Shown: positions 28,513-37,546 of the stretch, one piece after another
Numbering within the stretch: position 1 is the first letter of the stretch
Layout of the letters: every line of letters starts with the position of its first letter
Assembly: GCA_900549365.1 (NCBI GenBank)
Contig: UROD01000001.1
Coordinates: forward strand, 1 to 47,778
Reading direction: 5' to 3'
Origin: an uncultured Rickettsiales bacterium
Lineage (GTDB): Bacteria > Pseudomonadota > Alphaproteobacteria > Rs-D84
Length of the DNA stretch: 47,778 nucleotides
The notes under the pieces: generated by a model
Seen by the model: the letters and a program-made list of their open reading frames with translations, nothing else
What the model was told of the DNA's origin: nothing
The model's database searches: none
Made by a program: the position numbers and the translations under genes

Positions 28513-30150
28513 TCAATACACCCCTGGTCTATCTAATAATCCAACCCAACGTTCTAATTCATCGACACCAATAATACCCTGCAACATCAGTGCCATTGCC
28601 GCCTCTTTCAACGTGCGACCGTCCATATCTTCCAACCAGTAACGCAACGCACCATCGGTATTACCCGCCAATGCCAAACGCAAAAATTCACTGTTTGTAA
28701 TAATGATTTCGCCGGCCTTGATACGCCCCAGTGTTCCTGTGCCCTTGCATTCTTTGCAGCCCGCACCACGAATATAAACCTGACGCAGCCCCAGTTCCCC
28801 AAACGCGTCCATCACGCGCTGGTACGCGGGGTGTTCAGGATGGTCAATCAATCGTTCACGACAATACGGACACAATTTTTTGAACAGACGCATAGATATC
28901 AATCCACGCATCAGCGTTTCTTCTTTTAACTTGAATGATTCAATTCCCAGGTCCAACAGACGCGTCAACGCGGCCATCGCAGAATTAGCATGCAATGTTG
29001 TCCAAACATTATGTCCCGACAGCGCACCACGCACCGTCAATTGCGCCGCCGCCAACGTACGAATTTCACCAACCATCAATGTATCAGGGTCACTGCGTAA
29101 TGCGGCCGCCAGTGCCTCGGTATATTTTTCTTCGCGTTCTTCTTCGTTTGTGGTGTTGACCACCGGCATCTGGTGCGCACCAAAAATCTTTTGTTCAACA
29201 GGATTTTCCACCGTAATCATATTGATTTCATAATGGCGTTCTTTCAACATCAATGACATATTACGTACCAATGTCGTTGATTTACCAGAACTGGTTGGCC
29301 CCGCCACAATCACCAGTCCAGTTGGAAATGCGCGCAGACGCATCAATAAACGCTGTTCATATTCACCAAATTCTTGTTCGGTTTTAATCCCTTCGGATGG
29401 GTTATCGTACAGCAATCGCATTACAACATATCGCGACCCAAATGCGATTGGATTGAATTGCATACGAATACTTAAAATCCCCAGTGGCAGATATAAATCC
29501 TTGGTCCCGCGCAGTGGCGTACGTCCATCTTTCTGGGCAGATTGATATTCATTCTGGGCATAGTTCGCATTCGACATATCAGACGATGCAAACGCCGCAC
29601 GCACAAAAGATTCACCCCACCCCGAATTATATTCCAAAACGGGTTGCATACTGCCATCAATACGGAAATAGATTGTTGTTTGGTCGCCAACCTCGATATG
29701 AATATCAGATACTTTCTGGGCCGCGGCACGGGCGACAATATCAACAAAATCTTTTTGCATTTGGTTGTCGTAATCGCGACTGACACGTGCCGTGCCACCC
29801 AAACGCGCATCATACGATTTATAAATCGCCGATACCAAACCCAAATCAGAATAAAATGGTACACGCATCGCGCGACCACGCGCCTTTAACAAATCTAAAA
29901 ACGCCAATACGCGCCCATCGTACCGATGTGTACGCGAAATAATAATTTCACCCCCAGAAAAATAGGCAATCAACCCTTGGGTATCACGTGGCAATTCTAA
30001 CGGTGCACCAGTCGCCGTCATTAAACGATTGCCGTTTGAAAACAAATAATCAACAATATCTTTGATTTCGGAATTTTCCAATCCCGCCGGCACCGATGGT
30101 TTACTTTCCACCGGAATATTGTTCAAAACATTGTTTTCTGTATTATTCAT
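28513..30150 (-). CDS. GspE/PilB-family secretion ATPase (type IVb PilQ/TcpT/BfpD-like)
   Basis: Walker A GPTSSGKST, Walker B DTLMVGEIR, His box GHNVWTTLHAN, and the tetracysteine motif CPYC...CKECKGTG. Confidence 0.85.
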   Translation of the reverse strand: MNNTENNVLNNIPVESKPSVPAGLENSEIKDIVDYLFSNGNRLMTATGAPLELPRDTQGLIAYFSGGEIIISRTHRYDGRVLAFLDLLKARGRAMRVPFYSDLGLVSAIYKSYDARLGGTARVSRDYDNQMQKDFVDIVARAAAQKVSDIHIEVGDQTTIYFRIDGSMQPVLEYNSGWGESFVRAAFASSDMSNANYAQNEYQSAQKDGRTPLRGTKDLYLPLGILSIRMQFNPIAFGSRYVVMRLLYDNPSEGIKTEQEFGEYEQRLLMRLRAFPTGLVIVAGPTSSGKSTTLVRNMSLMLKERHYEINMITVENPVEQKIFGAHQMPVVNTTNEEEREEKYTEALAAALRSDPDTLMVGEIRTLAAAQLTVRGALSGHNVWTTLHANSAMAALTRLLDLGIESFKLKEETLMRGLISMRLFKKLCPYCRERLIDHPEHPAYQRVMDAFGELGLRQVYIRGAGCKECKGTGTLGRIKAGEIIITNSEFLRLALAGNTDGALRYWLEDMDGRTLKEAAMALMLQGIIGVDELERWVGLLDRPGVY

Positions 30151-30170
30151 ACCATACGTCCCACGTTTAA

Positions 30171-30881
30171 TTATTTACCACTAACAACGTTTAATGTCTG
30201 GGTATTGCCATCTGGGTCAATAAATATAATTCCATCGTCCAACGATATAGATTTCACCGTATAGCCGTCTATGTTGCGTCCTACGGAAATCTTTTTGTTT
30301 TGTCCTGTACTTAAATCCGCAACCGTTGCCTGTAATTGATTACCAGCACCAAAGATATTTACCAGTTTGAACATTTCGGTAATTTTTTTGACATCTGCCT
30401 TGGCATCATCTGTACTGGTTGTACGTACAGATTTTACAACTGTTTCTGTGTCTTCGTTTTCCAGTGCCGCCTTTTGTTTTTCCAACTTGGCGGTTTCGGC
30501 CTCTAACTTGGCCTTGGCATTTTCCAGTTCCTGTTGCTGTTGTTCCGCACGACCCGACAAGGTATCAATTTCCATATGCAACTTGATTTTTTCAGCTGCC
30601 AATCTGTCCAGTTCCAAATCCAACTGGGCGCGTTCTTTTTCCAACTGCATCAGAACTTTTTCCTGTTCCAAATCTGTAATTTGCTGAAACAGCGAACCAT
30701 CAACGTTATAATTTGCAACCGCGTCCGCAGACACCTGTTCCATTGATGTACTATCCACCACATCATCCAGTGTTTCGGTGATTTCAATGTCTTCGTCCAG
30801 AACCTCGGCCGATGCGCGCGATACGGGCAACGCAACAACCGCCGCCGCCAACAATAAATTCAACATAAGTTTATTTAACAT
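30171..30881 (-). CDS. PilP-like (R64-type) pilus biogenesis protein with a long coiled coil
   Basis: Signal peptide, a heptad-rich segment of about 100 aa (LEQEKVLMQLEKERAQLDLELDRLAAEK...), and a C-terminal beta domain (LVNIFGAGNQLQATVADL...VGRNIDGYTVKSISLDDGIIF). Confidence 0.5.
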   Translation of the reverse strand: MLNKLMLNLLLAAAVVALPVSRASAEVLDEDIEITETLDDVVDSTSMEQVSADAVANYNVDGSLFQQITDLEQEKVLMQLEKERAQLDLELDRLAAEKIKLHMEIDTLSGRAEQQQQELENAKAKLEAETAKLEKQKAALENEDTETVVKSVRTTSTDDAKADVKKITEMFKLVNIFGAGNQLQATVADLSTGQNKKISVGRNIDGYTVKSISLDDGIIFIDPDGNTQTLNVVSGK

Positions 30882-32130
30882 AGATTATCACCTCATAGTT
30901 CCAGATTCGTGCGCTGACATTCCATGTACAACGCGTCATATAAACCCCACCAAAATCTTCAAAGATTTTCATGAATTGTATCGGGGTCATTTTAGATTCG
31001 GCCCCAACCTCTACAATATTCAAGGTTGCTGTTTCAACACCGTTGGTTAAAACATCTGCGACCACATTTACATCAACATTTGTTGATATTCCTTGGAAAG
31101 CGGTCTGAACCGCACGTACAACGGTTTCTGCATCACGTTCATCAATCGACGAATACGTTTTTATATCAGGTAATGTGGCACGCACAGATACAGAATCCGA
31201 TGATTCTTCGGTTACAAATGACGCCGGCATCAATTCCGTCGCCACCTGATAAAAATCGGCCAGCGTTCCAAAACTGCGAACGAAACGTGCACTTGCATGC
31301 GTTTCACCACATTCGGCCGACACTTGATTCCAACCGTAAATTGGCTGCATTACAAAACCAATTGCCTGATAACATATTTCAGCACGCGCAGAAACATCTG
31401 GCAAATTATCATATGGCATCACCAGCGGTTGAACTGGTTGCTTTTTTTCAATATTAAATTGCGCGTCTAATTCTTTGTTCTTTTCTTCGATTTGACGTTT
31501 GTATTCTGCCGCCAGTTCAGGGTTGATTTTTGCAACCTGTGGTGGTGTCATCATTTGCTGTAATGGTTCGCGAAAGAACACCAACAAGCCAACAATGAAT
31601 AGTGTGATAATACTACCAGATACCATAATACGGGACAAACGACTGATATGATGTATTGTCGCATGCGCAGAATCTGTAATTAAATCCGACAAATTGCGTT
31701 CAACCGCACGTGGCATGCCCCATGCACCTGGGGCAAACAAAGCATTCCAATCTGGTATTTCTGCCAAACGTGAATACGCCGCGCGGGCATCATCGCCGCG
31801 GTCAAAAACCTTGTCTTCCAGAATAATACCATTGCGCACCGCAACCAAATAAAACTGGTCACCCGCCGGAAACACACCTAAAAACGAATTAAATTCTGTC
31901 AGAGAATCCATAACCTCTGCCGCCGCCGCAGACATACCACTGCGATGTCCGGCGCGACGCGACCCCAACCCGACCATAGACCGATATTCGGCATACATAT
32001 TGTATTTACGGTCAACACCGCGCGACAGATTACGTGCATATGTGCGCGCGACAAAACCCGCCCCAATCGGCTGCCAAAACAGACCTGTGGCGTATTTTTT
32101 ACGTTTAATGGTGATGATATTCCCCTGCAA
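30871..32130 (-). CDS. PilO-like (type IVb pilin accessory protein family) bitopic membrane protein
   Basis: N-terminus ...ITIKRKKYATGLFWQP, a central TM helix (IMVSGSIITLFIVGLLVFF), and its position upstream of the pilP/Q/R-like genes. The probable TTG start at 32130 lies downstream of a TATAAT (32161-32166, minus strand). The track ORF extends to 32190. Confidence 0.5.
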   Translation of the reverse strand: MQGNIITIKRKKYATGLFWQPIGAGFVARTYARNLSRGVDRKYNMYAEYRSMVGLGSRRAGHRSGMSAAAAEVMDSLTEFNSFLGVFPAGDQFYLVAVRNGIILEDKVFDRGDDARAAYSRLAEIPDWNALFAPGAWGMPRAVERNLSDLITDSAHATIHHISRLSRIMVSGSIITLFIVGLLVFFREPLQQMMTPPQVAKINPELAAEYKRQIEEKNKELDAQFNIEKKQPVQPLVMPYDNLPDVSARAEICYQAIGFVMQPIYGWNQVSAECGETHASARFVRSFGTLADFYQVATELMPASFVTEESSDSVSVRATLPDIKTYSSIDERDAETVVRAVQTAFQGISTNVDVNVVADVLTNGVETATLNIVEVGAESKMTPIQFMKIFEDFGGVYMTRCTWNVSARIWNYEVIIYVK

Positions 32131-32198
32131 TTTCTCTCTCTGCCCTAGTTTGATATGGCAATTATAACATAAAACAAACAAATAATGCAATTCCAGAA

Positions 32199-32226
32199 TG
32201 AAAAACCCGCTGAAAAATTCAGCGGG
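32199..32226 (-). terminator. Terminator separating the lipoprotein gene from the pilO-like operon
   Basis: On the minus strand: CCCGCTGA-ATTTT-TCAGCGGG followed by TTTTTC. Confidence 0.7.
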
Positions 32227-32248
32227 CGTAATTTACACAATAAACATA

Positions 32249-32665
32249 TTATCTGCATTCTGCACCATAAATATCATTTGTGCATGGCACAGAATATTGT
32301 ACCGAAACAGGTACTTGCGCCGCAGACGAGCGAATTGTACGTTGTGATGGGCAATCATACACATTCGCAGTCAAGATAAACGCACGTTCTGGCCCAAAAA
32401 TCACCCATTCATTTGGACGTGTGCGCTGGCTGGTAATCCAATATGCATTGCCACCACGCGCCTGATCCGCAATACGATTTTCCAGATAACGACGCGCATC
32501 ATCAGAATCATAAACTGAAACTTCTGATTCAATCTTGTATAAATAAACACAACCTGTTGGTTCGCCATCCAGTTTTGTTAACAATTCACTGCCGTTTTCA
32601 TTTTTTATCATGCCACCACATGCCGCCAGTGCCAAGACCGCCAATCCAGCAAAAATCTTTTTCAT
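32249..32665 (-). CDS. Small lipoprotein (DUF4156-like)
   Basis: Lipobox LALAACGG. The segment QARGGNAYWITS resembles the GaNav motif of DUF4156 lipoproteins. Confidence 0.4.
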   Translation of the reverse strand: MKKIFAGLAVLALAACGGMIKNENGSELLTKLDGEPTGCVYLYKIESEVSVYDSDDARRYLENRIADQARGGNAYWITSQRTRPNEWVIFGPERAFILTANVYDCPSQRTIRSSAAQVPVSVQYSVPCTNDIYGAECR

Positions 32666-32678
32666 TTTATAAATCCTT

Positions 32679-33620
32679 TTATTTACCGTTTATTATATCA
32701 TAATTTGCAGGGTCACTGAACAATTTTTTCAGAACCAAATTATTCAACGCATGACTGCCCTTGTATGATTCCAGTGCGCCCACAACCATACCACCAGACG
32801 TGAACATATCACCAATTGCATCTATAACCTTGTGACGGACAAATTCGTCCGGCCAAATCACAGGATTCAGTGTTCCGTCACCCGCATTATTTAGTGCGAT
32901 AACGTTTTTCTCGCTTGCGCCACGCCCCATACCGTGCGCCTTCAAATATTCCCATTCAGAATACTTGCCAAATGTACGTGCGCGCGCAACATTTTTAACA
33001 AAATCATTTACAGATTTTTTTGTGCCATCAAATCGATAAGAAAACGTCTGGCGACCAATAATTTTTTCTGGGTACACTAATGTCGCCGTAATTTCTAATG
33101 ATTTGCCATCATTTGGGCTCAGTTTTACATACCCATCACTTTTACGACCAGCGATTTTATTTATCACCCATAATTGCAAACGCACATGCCATGGCAAACT
33201 GCGCAACACATCACGCGCATACACAATAACAGGACGACGAACAATAATCTTTTTCATACCCCCTTTGCCCGTGGTATTCCCCCTGAACTTTGATAAAAAT
33301 TCCGCCGCACTGCCATCTAATATTGGTGTTTCTGGCCCATCAATATCAATAACTGCACTGTCAATGCCGGCCAAGAATAACGCCGCCATTAAATGTTCAA
33401 CAGTTTGAACATGCGCACCGGCTGTACAACCAATTGTTGTATTACGCATTTTGGTTTCGCCAACATTTTCCGCCAATGCCTGAATCTGTGGAGAATCAGG
33501 AATATCACTGCGATGGAAAAAAATCCCATATTTTTTCGATGGCTTTACAACCATATTCACCGGCAATCCAGAATGAATCCCGACACCAGTAATTTTAATT
33601 TTTTTTGTCAGCGTTGACAT
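32679..33620 (-). CDS. lpxC: UDP-3-O-acyl-N-acetylglucosamine deacetylase
   Basis: Motifs TGVGIHSG, TVEHLMAAL and HKVIDAIGD. Length 313 aa. Confidence 0.93.
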   Translation of the reverse strand: MSTLTKKIKITGVGIHSGLPVNMVVKPSKKYGIFFHRSDIPDSPQIQALAENVGETKMRNTTIGCTAGAHVQTVEHLMAALFLAGIDSAVIDIDGPETPILDGSAAEFLSKFRGNTTGKGGMKKIIVRRPVIVYARDVLRSLPWHVRLQLWVINKIAGRKSDGYVKLSPNDGKSLEITATLVYPEKIIGRQTFSYRFDGTKKSVNDFVKNVARARTFGKYSEWEYLKAHGMGRGASEKNVIALNNAGDGTLNPVIWPDEFVRHKVIDAIGDMFTSGGMVVGALESYKGSHALNNLVLKKLFSDPANYDIINGK

Positions 33621-34527
33621 TTTCTATTTTCTCCTTTAACCAATCAAAGAACGCACCATCAACCGATGTAATCAATTTTGCATATTTTATTCTGTCGCGT
33701 GCATAGGCCGGCAAACGCACCCAATCTTTTTCCGTTGTAACCAACTGTGCGTTTTTACGCGCCGCCCATGCAAATAATTTTTCAATATCTTCGTCCGTGT
33801 ATTGCCAGTGGTCTGGAAATGCGCGCCGCGAAACCACAACATTATTCAGCATTTTGAAAAACTTTTTCGGATACCCAATTCCCGCAAATGCGCACACACG
33901 TTCGTTTTCATCGTATGGCGATACGGTCTGGTTTGTGGCATAAAATACAACTGCGCTTTCTGGTAATTTGAAATTTTTACGCGGACGTGCACTGCGAATA
34001 ACAATCACCGCATCTGCACGCGAAATCGCCTTTTTAGGTTCACGTAGTGGGCCGGCCGGCAACAAGAATCCATTACCAAATCCCAATCCTTGGTCAAATA
34101 CCAAAATAGAAATATCTTTTTTAATGCGCGGATTTTGAAATCCATCATCCATCACAATTGGACTTGTTGCATCAGAATGACTATTTAATAATTTAATCGC
34201 CGCACTACGATTACCTGTATGCACTTGCAGACCAGCGCGCGCCAGCATAACCGCCTCGTCCCCAGCATTACCGGTCTTTGCACTTTTTTTATACCCACGC
34301 ATAACCACGGGCGCATCAAATCGCATTGCTATTTCACGAACAATCGGGGTTTTTCCAACCCCACCCGCCATAATATTTCCAACACAAATCACAGGCCGAC
34401 GCGATTGATATGCACCGATTTTACGCACCGATTGCACCACCAGCGACGCCACACGATAAACCGCCGCCACAGGCAACAGAACAAATGATAACGGCGTTTT
34501 ATGTAAAAACCACCACGGTGTTTTCAT
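33595..34527 (-). CDS. lpxK: Tetraacyldisaccharide 4'-kinase
   Basis: P-loop GNIMAGGVGKTP. Length 310 aa. It overlaps the lpxC start by 26 nt. Confidence 0.9.
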   Translation of the reverse strand: MKTPWWFLHKTPLSFVLLPVAAVYRVASLVVQSVRKIGAYQSRRPVICVGNIMAGGVGKTPIVREIAMRFDAPVVMRGYKKSAKTGNAGDEAVMLARAGLQVHTGNRSAAIKLLNSHSDATSPIVMDDGFQNPRIKKDISILVFDQGLGFGNGFLLPAGPLREPKKAISRADAVIVIRSARPRKNFKLPESAVVFYATNQTVSPYDENERVCAFAGIGYPKKFFKMLNNVVVSRRAFPDHWQYTDEDIEKLFAWAARKNAQLVTTEKDWVRLPAYARDRIKYAKLITSVDGAFFDWLKEKIENVNADKKN

Positions 34528-34529
34528 AC

Positions 34530-35330
34530 TTATTTTCCTCTCTTTGATTTCTTGGCGGCTTTGCGCGCGGCACGCGCATCGCGTATATCTTGTTTGAATT
34601 TATGTGCGGTCAAATCCTGTTCTACATGGAATAAATTAAATTCACCATCCATTTCACGAACCTGACGCACCATTATATCTTCCAGATTTTTACGTATTTT
34701 TTCAAATTCTGCATCACTGCATTTTCGGTCTATAAATATAGGGTTATCAACATGACACGTTATCTTGGAAAAAGGTTTTGCAATTAAATATCTGTCCCAA
34801 CGCTGTTGAAACCATGCACGCGAACAAGAATAACACACCGGTATAATCGGCGCGCCTGTCATTTTTGCAAAATATAACGCCCCATCTTGGACACGCATGG
34901 ACGGCCCCCCAGGCCCATCAGGCGAAATACACATAGAATAATTTCCATCACGTAATACACGCACCCCTTGGCGCAGAACAGAAATTCCACCATCAGACGT
35001 ACTGCCATAAATTGGTTTCAAACCAAACAACTGTTGTAATTTTGCCATCATACGCCCATCACTGTGCCGCGATGCAACCGCATACGCCCGCATACCACCA
35101 ATGCAAATAATCGGTGATAACATCATACTACGCCCGTGCCAGAACACAAACACAGCGGGCCGTCTGCGATACTTTTTGAATATGTCATAACCGGTAATTT
35201 TAACCCGCGATGTAAAATAAATAAACCAAATACACACCGCCATTAAACCAGCCACCAACCACTGAATCAGCGACATATGCAACACTGGTTCCCAGAACCC
35301 TTTCCATAATTTTCTGAACGTTTGATACAT
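34530..35330 (-). CDS. DUF374-family lysophospholipid acyltransferase-like protein
   Basis: Motifs FWHGRSMM, ASRHSDGRMMAK and ISPDGPGGP. ATG 35330 (MYQTF) is preferred over the track start at 35447. Confidence 0.7.
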   Translation of the reverse strand: MYQTFRKLWKGFWEPVLHMSLIQWLVAGLMAVCIWFIYFTSRVKITGYDIFKKYRRRPAVFVFWHGRSMMLSPIICIGGMRAYAVASRHSDGRMMAKLQQLFGLKPIYGSTSDGGISVLRQGVRVLRDGNYSMCISPDGPGGPSMRVQDGALYFAKMTGAPIIPVCYSCSRAWFQQRWDRYLIAKPFSKITCHVDNPIFIDRKCSDAEFEKIRKNLEDIMVRQVREMDGEFNLFHVEQDLTAHKFKQDIRDARAARKAAKKSKRGK

Positions 35331-35456
35331 AATTTCTATAACCTTTACGGAAATCTTAGCAACAAAAAAAGTATATTTCAAGGCAGCATTAGGTAACAAA
35401 TCATAACACGCTATGTGCATAAAAACGTGTATTTTGACAGAAATCATATTTTTTAT

Positions 35457-35484
35457 TTGACACCGCGTCGCAAAGGTATATAAT
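35457..35484 (+). promoter_or_regulatory. Consensus sigma70-type promoter for tRNA-fMet
   Basis: TTGACA (35457-35462), a 16-nt spacer, then TATAAT (35479-35484). The tRNA begins 16 nt downstream. Confidence 0.7.
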
Positions 35485-35499
35485 CTAAATCACTTTCGA

Positions 35500-35576
<77 letters not shown>

Positions 35577-35583
35577 GTTAAAT

Positions 35584-35618
35584 AAAAAAATCACACCATT
35601 TCTGGTGTGTTTTTTTTA
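35584..35618 (+). terminator. Rho-independent terminator after tRNA-fMet
   Basis: CACACCA-TTTC-TGGTGTG followed by a 9-nt T-run. Confidence 0.8.
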
Positions 35619-35706
35619 TTTAATCTGTTGTGGATAATCGGTTTGTGACCCAGCTATAAAATGGCATCTACTATTATTTTCCTGAACAAAAACAAAGGAT
35701 TATAAT

Positions 35707-36345
35707 ATGGTTTATGCATAACTGCGCGTCAGCACCGACGCCCAAGATACCGCCAATCAACGCCTGGGGGTTGATACCAAGGCAATCAAACTGGGGCTGA
35801 TTATAGACAAATACATCATCGACGATGGTGTGTCCGGCACAACAGACCCAAAAATGCGCAAATTCGGCGCACTGATAAAGAACGTAAAATTTGGCGATAT
35901 AATCATAGTTTCTGAACTGTCGCGTTTTGGCCGCCGACTGTTTATGCTGTTTCGCGTGTTAGAAACATTACTCAACAAAGGGGTCAAAGTTTATTCAGTC
36001 AAAGACGGCTATTCGTTGGACAATACATTGCAATCCAAGGTTCTGGCATTTGCATTCGGTATGGCGGCGGAAATAGAACGAGAAATGATATCAAAGCGCA
36101 CCAAAGAGGCACTGGCCCGCCGCAAGGCCGATGGAAAATTCATTGGTCGCAAGTCCGGCGCAAAAAACGCGCGTCATAAATTAGACGGCAAAGAAAACCT
36201 GATAAAAGTAATGCTGGAATCCAATATGTCACTGCGCGACGTCGCCCGCCGCCTGAACGTCAGCCCCACCACCATCAGCACGTTTATCGCGAACAAGTGT
36301 CCAAAACTAGCCAACCCCAGTACTGGACAAAATTATAAACTATAA
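35707..36345 (+). pseudogene. Small serine recombinase (resolvase/invertase family) with a premature TAA at codon 5
   Basis: Reading from ATG 35707 (SD AAGGA) gives MVYA*LRVSTDAQDTANQ...SGTTDPKMRKF..., which continues in frame with the 171-aa track ORF. The catalytic RVST motif lies after the stop at 35719-35721. The C-terminal HTH is LRDVARRLNVSPTTIS. Confidence 0.75.
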
Positions 36346-36368
36346 TCAGTCCGAAAACAATTTATTTT

Positions 36369-36400
36369 TGTCCAAATTTAGGGTTGGTCAAATTTGGACA
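36369..36400. promoter_or_regulatory. Perfect 11-bp inverted repeat TGTCCAAATTT-N10-AAATTTGGACA (res/operator-like site)
   Basis: Read directly from the sequence. The TGTC...GACA termini recall resolvase binding sub-sites. It lies between the recombinase and MTase genes. Confidence 0.45.
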
Positions 36401-36436
36401 GTTTAATATGACGCCCCGCAAAAACGGGGTGTCAAT

Positions 36437-37546
36437 ATGGCAAACAAAAACCTATCTGCGGCAAAACGCGCAAAAAATGACGAGTTTTATACACAATATG
36501 CAGATATTCAAAAGGAAGTGAATGCATACCTAGATTACAATCCAGACGTATTTCGCGACAAGGTTATATTATTGCCATGCGATGACCCAGAATGGAGTAA
36601 TTTTACAAAATTTTTTGCCCAGAATTTTGAACGTTTTGGTATCAAAAAACTGATATCAACCAGTTATGCATGTGCAGCCAAAGGCAAAGATGCCTGTGCA
36701 AATTATTGTCCAACATTGTTTGAGTATAATTCTGAAAAATTCAACAAAGATAAAACAGAAACACATGGAAAAATATTCATACTGACCCGCGATACAAATC
36801 ATAACGGTCGCATTGATATAGACGATTTAGAATGGCAATACTTGGATGGCGATGGTGACTTTCGAAGTGCCGAAGTCAAAGCCCTGCGCGACGAAGCAAA
36901 TATAATTGTCACCAACCCGCCGTTTTCACAATTTCGCGATTTTCTGACCTGGATTATTGAAGCCGATAAGCGGTTTCTTATTATCGGGAACATGAACGCA
37001 ATAACTTACAAAGAAGCATTTCCTTTAATAAAGGACAATAATATGTGGCTTGGCGCAACAAATTTTAATACTGGAATGTATTTCAAAGTTCCAGATAATT
37101 TTGTATACGCATCAACATATAAATTTGATAGAGAACGGGATGGCATAAAAGTAAATAGAGTTCCCGGTGTTTGCTGGTTCACAAACATTGAACATGGCCG
37201 CCGTCATCAGCCCTTACAATTAATGACGATGGCAGACAACATAAAATTCAGTCGCCACAAAGAAATCCGAAATCAAGAATATCAAAAATACGATAATTAT
37301 GTTGCGATAGAAATTCCCTATTCAGACGCGATTCCATCAGATTATGACGGTGTTATGGGGGTTCCCATCAGTTTTTTGGATAAATACTGTCCCGAACAAT
37401 TTGAAATACTAGGTGCAACAGAAAGTGAAGGTCGCGGTTTTTCAAATGGATTATGGAATTTAGATTCAGGTATCTCACAAGCTATGGTTAATCATAAAAA
37501 AGTTTTTAAACGTATATTTATTCGTAAAAAGAAAGGTAACGCATAA
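36437..37546 (+). CDS. N6-adenine DNA methyltransferase, EcoRI-methylase-family-like
   Basis: The N-terminal [19 protein letters not shown] signature, DGDFRS, the catalytic [14 protein letters not shown] (NPPF), and WFTN. Confidence 0.75.
   Translation: MANKNLSAAKRAKNDEFYTQYADIQKEVNAYLDYNPDVFRDKVILLPCDDPEWSNFTKFFAQNFERFGIKKLISTSYACAAKGKDACANYCPTLFEYNSEKFNKDKTETHGKIFILTRDTNHNGRIDIDDLEWQYLDGDGDFRSAEVKALRDEANIIVTNPPFSQFRDFLTWIIEADKRFLIIGNMNAITYKEAFPLIKDNNMWLGATNFNTGMYFKVPDNFVYASTYKFDRERDGIKVNRVPGVCWFTNIEHGRRHQPLQLMTMADNIKFSRHKEIRNQEYQKYDNYVAIEIPYSDAIPSDYDGVMGVPISFLDKYCPEQFEILGATESEGRGFSNGLWNLDSGISQAMVNHKKVFKRIFIRKKKGNA

Noticed and set aside
32131-32190. ATG-initiated 20-codon extension of the pilO-like ORF
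   Set aside because: This ATG lies 9 nt from the upstream terminator, and the candidate TATAAT (32161-32166, minus strand) would fall inside the ORF. The in-frame TTG at 32130, with a purine-rich leader, fits better. This is uncertain without data.
35757-35987. 76-aa minus-strand ORF in the recombinase region
   Set aside because: It is antisense to the clearly recognisable serine recombinase reading frame and has no start context.
35577-36436. Hin/Gin-type invertible segment (a recombinase flanked by two inverted crossover sites)
   Set aside because: I found only one palindromic site (36369-36400). No second copy of the TGTCCAAATTT half-site lies upstream of the recombinase gene or elsewhere nearby.
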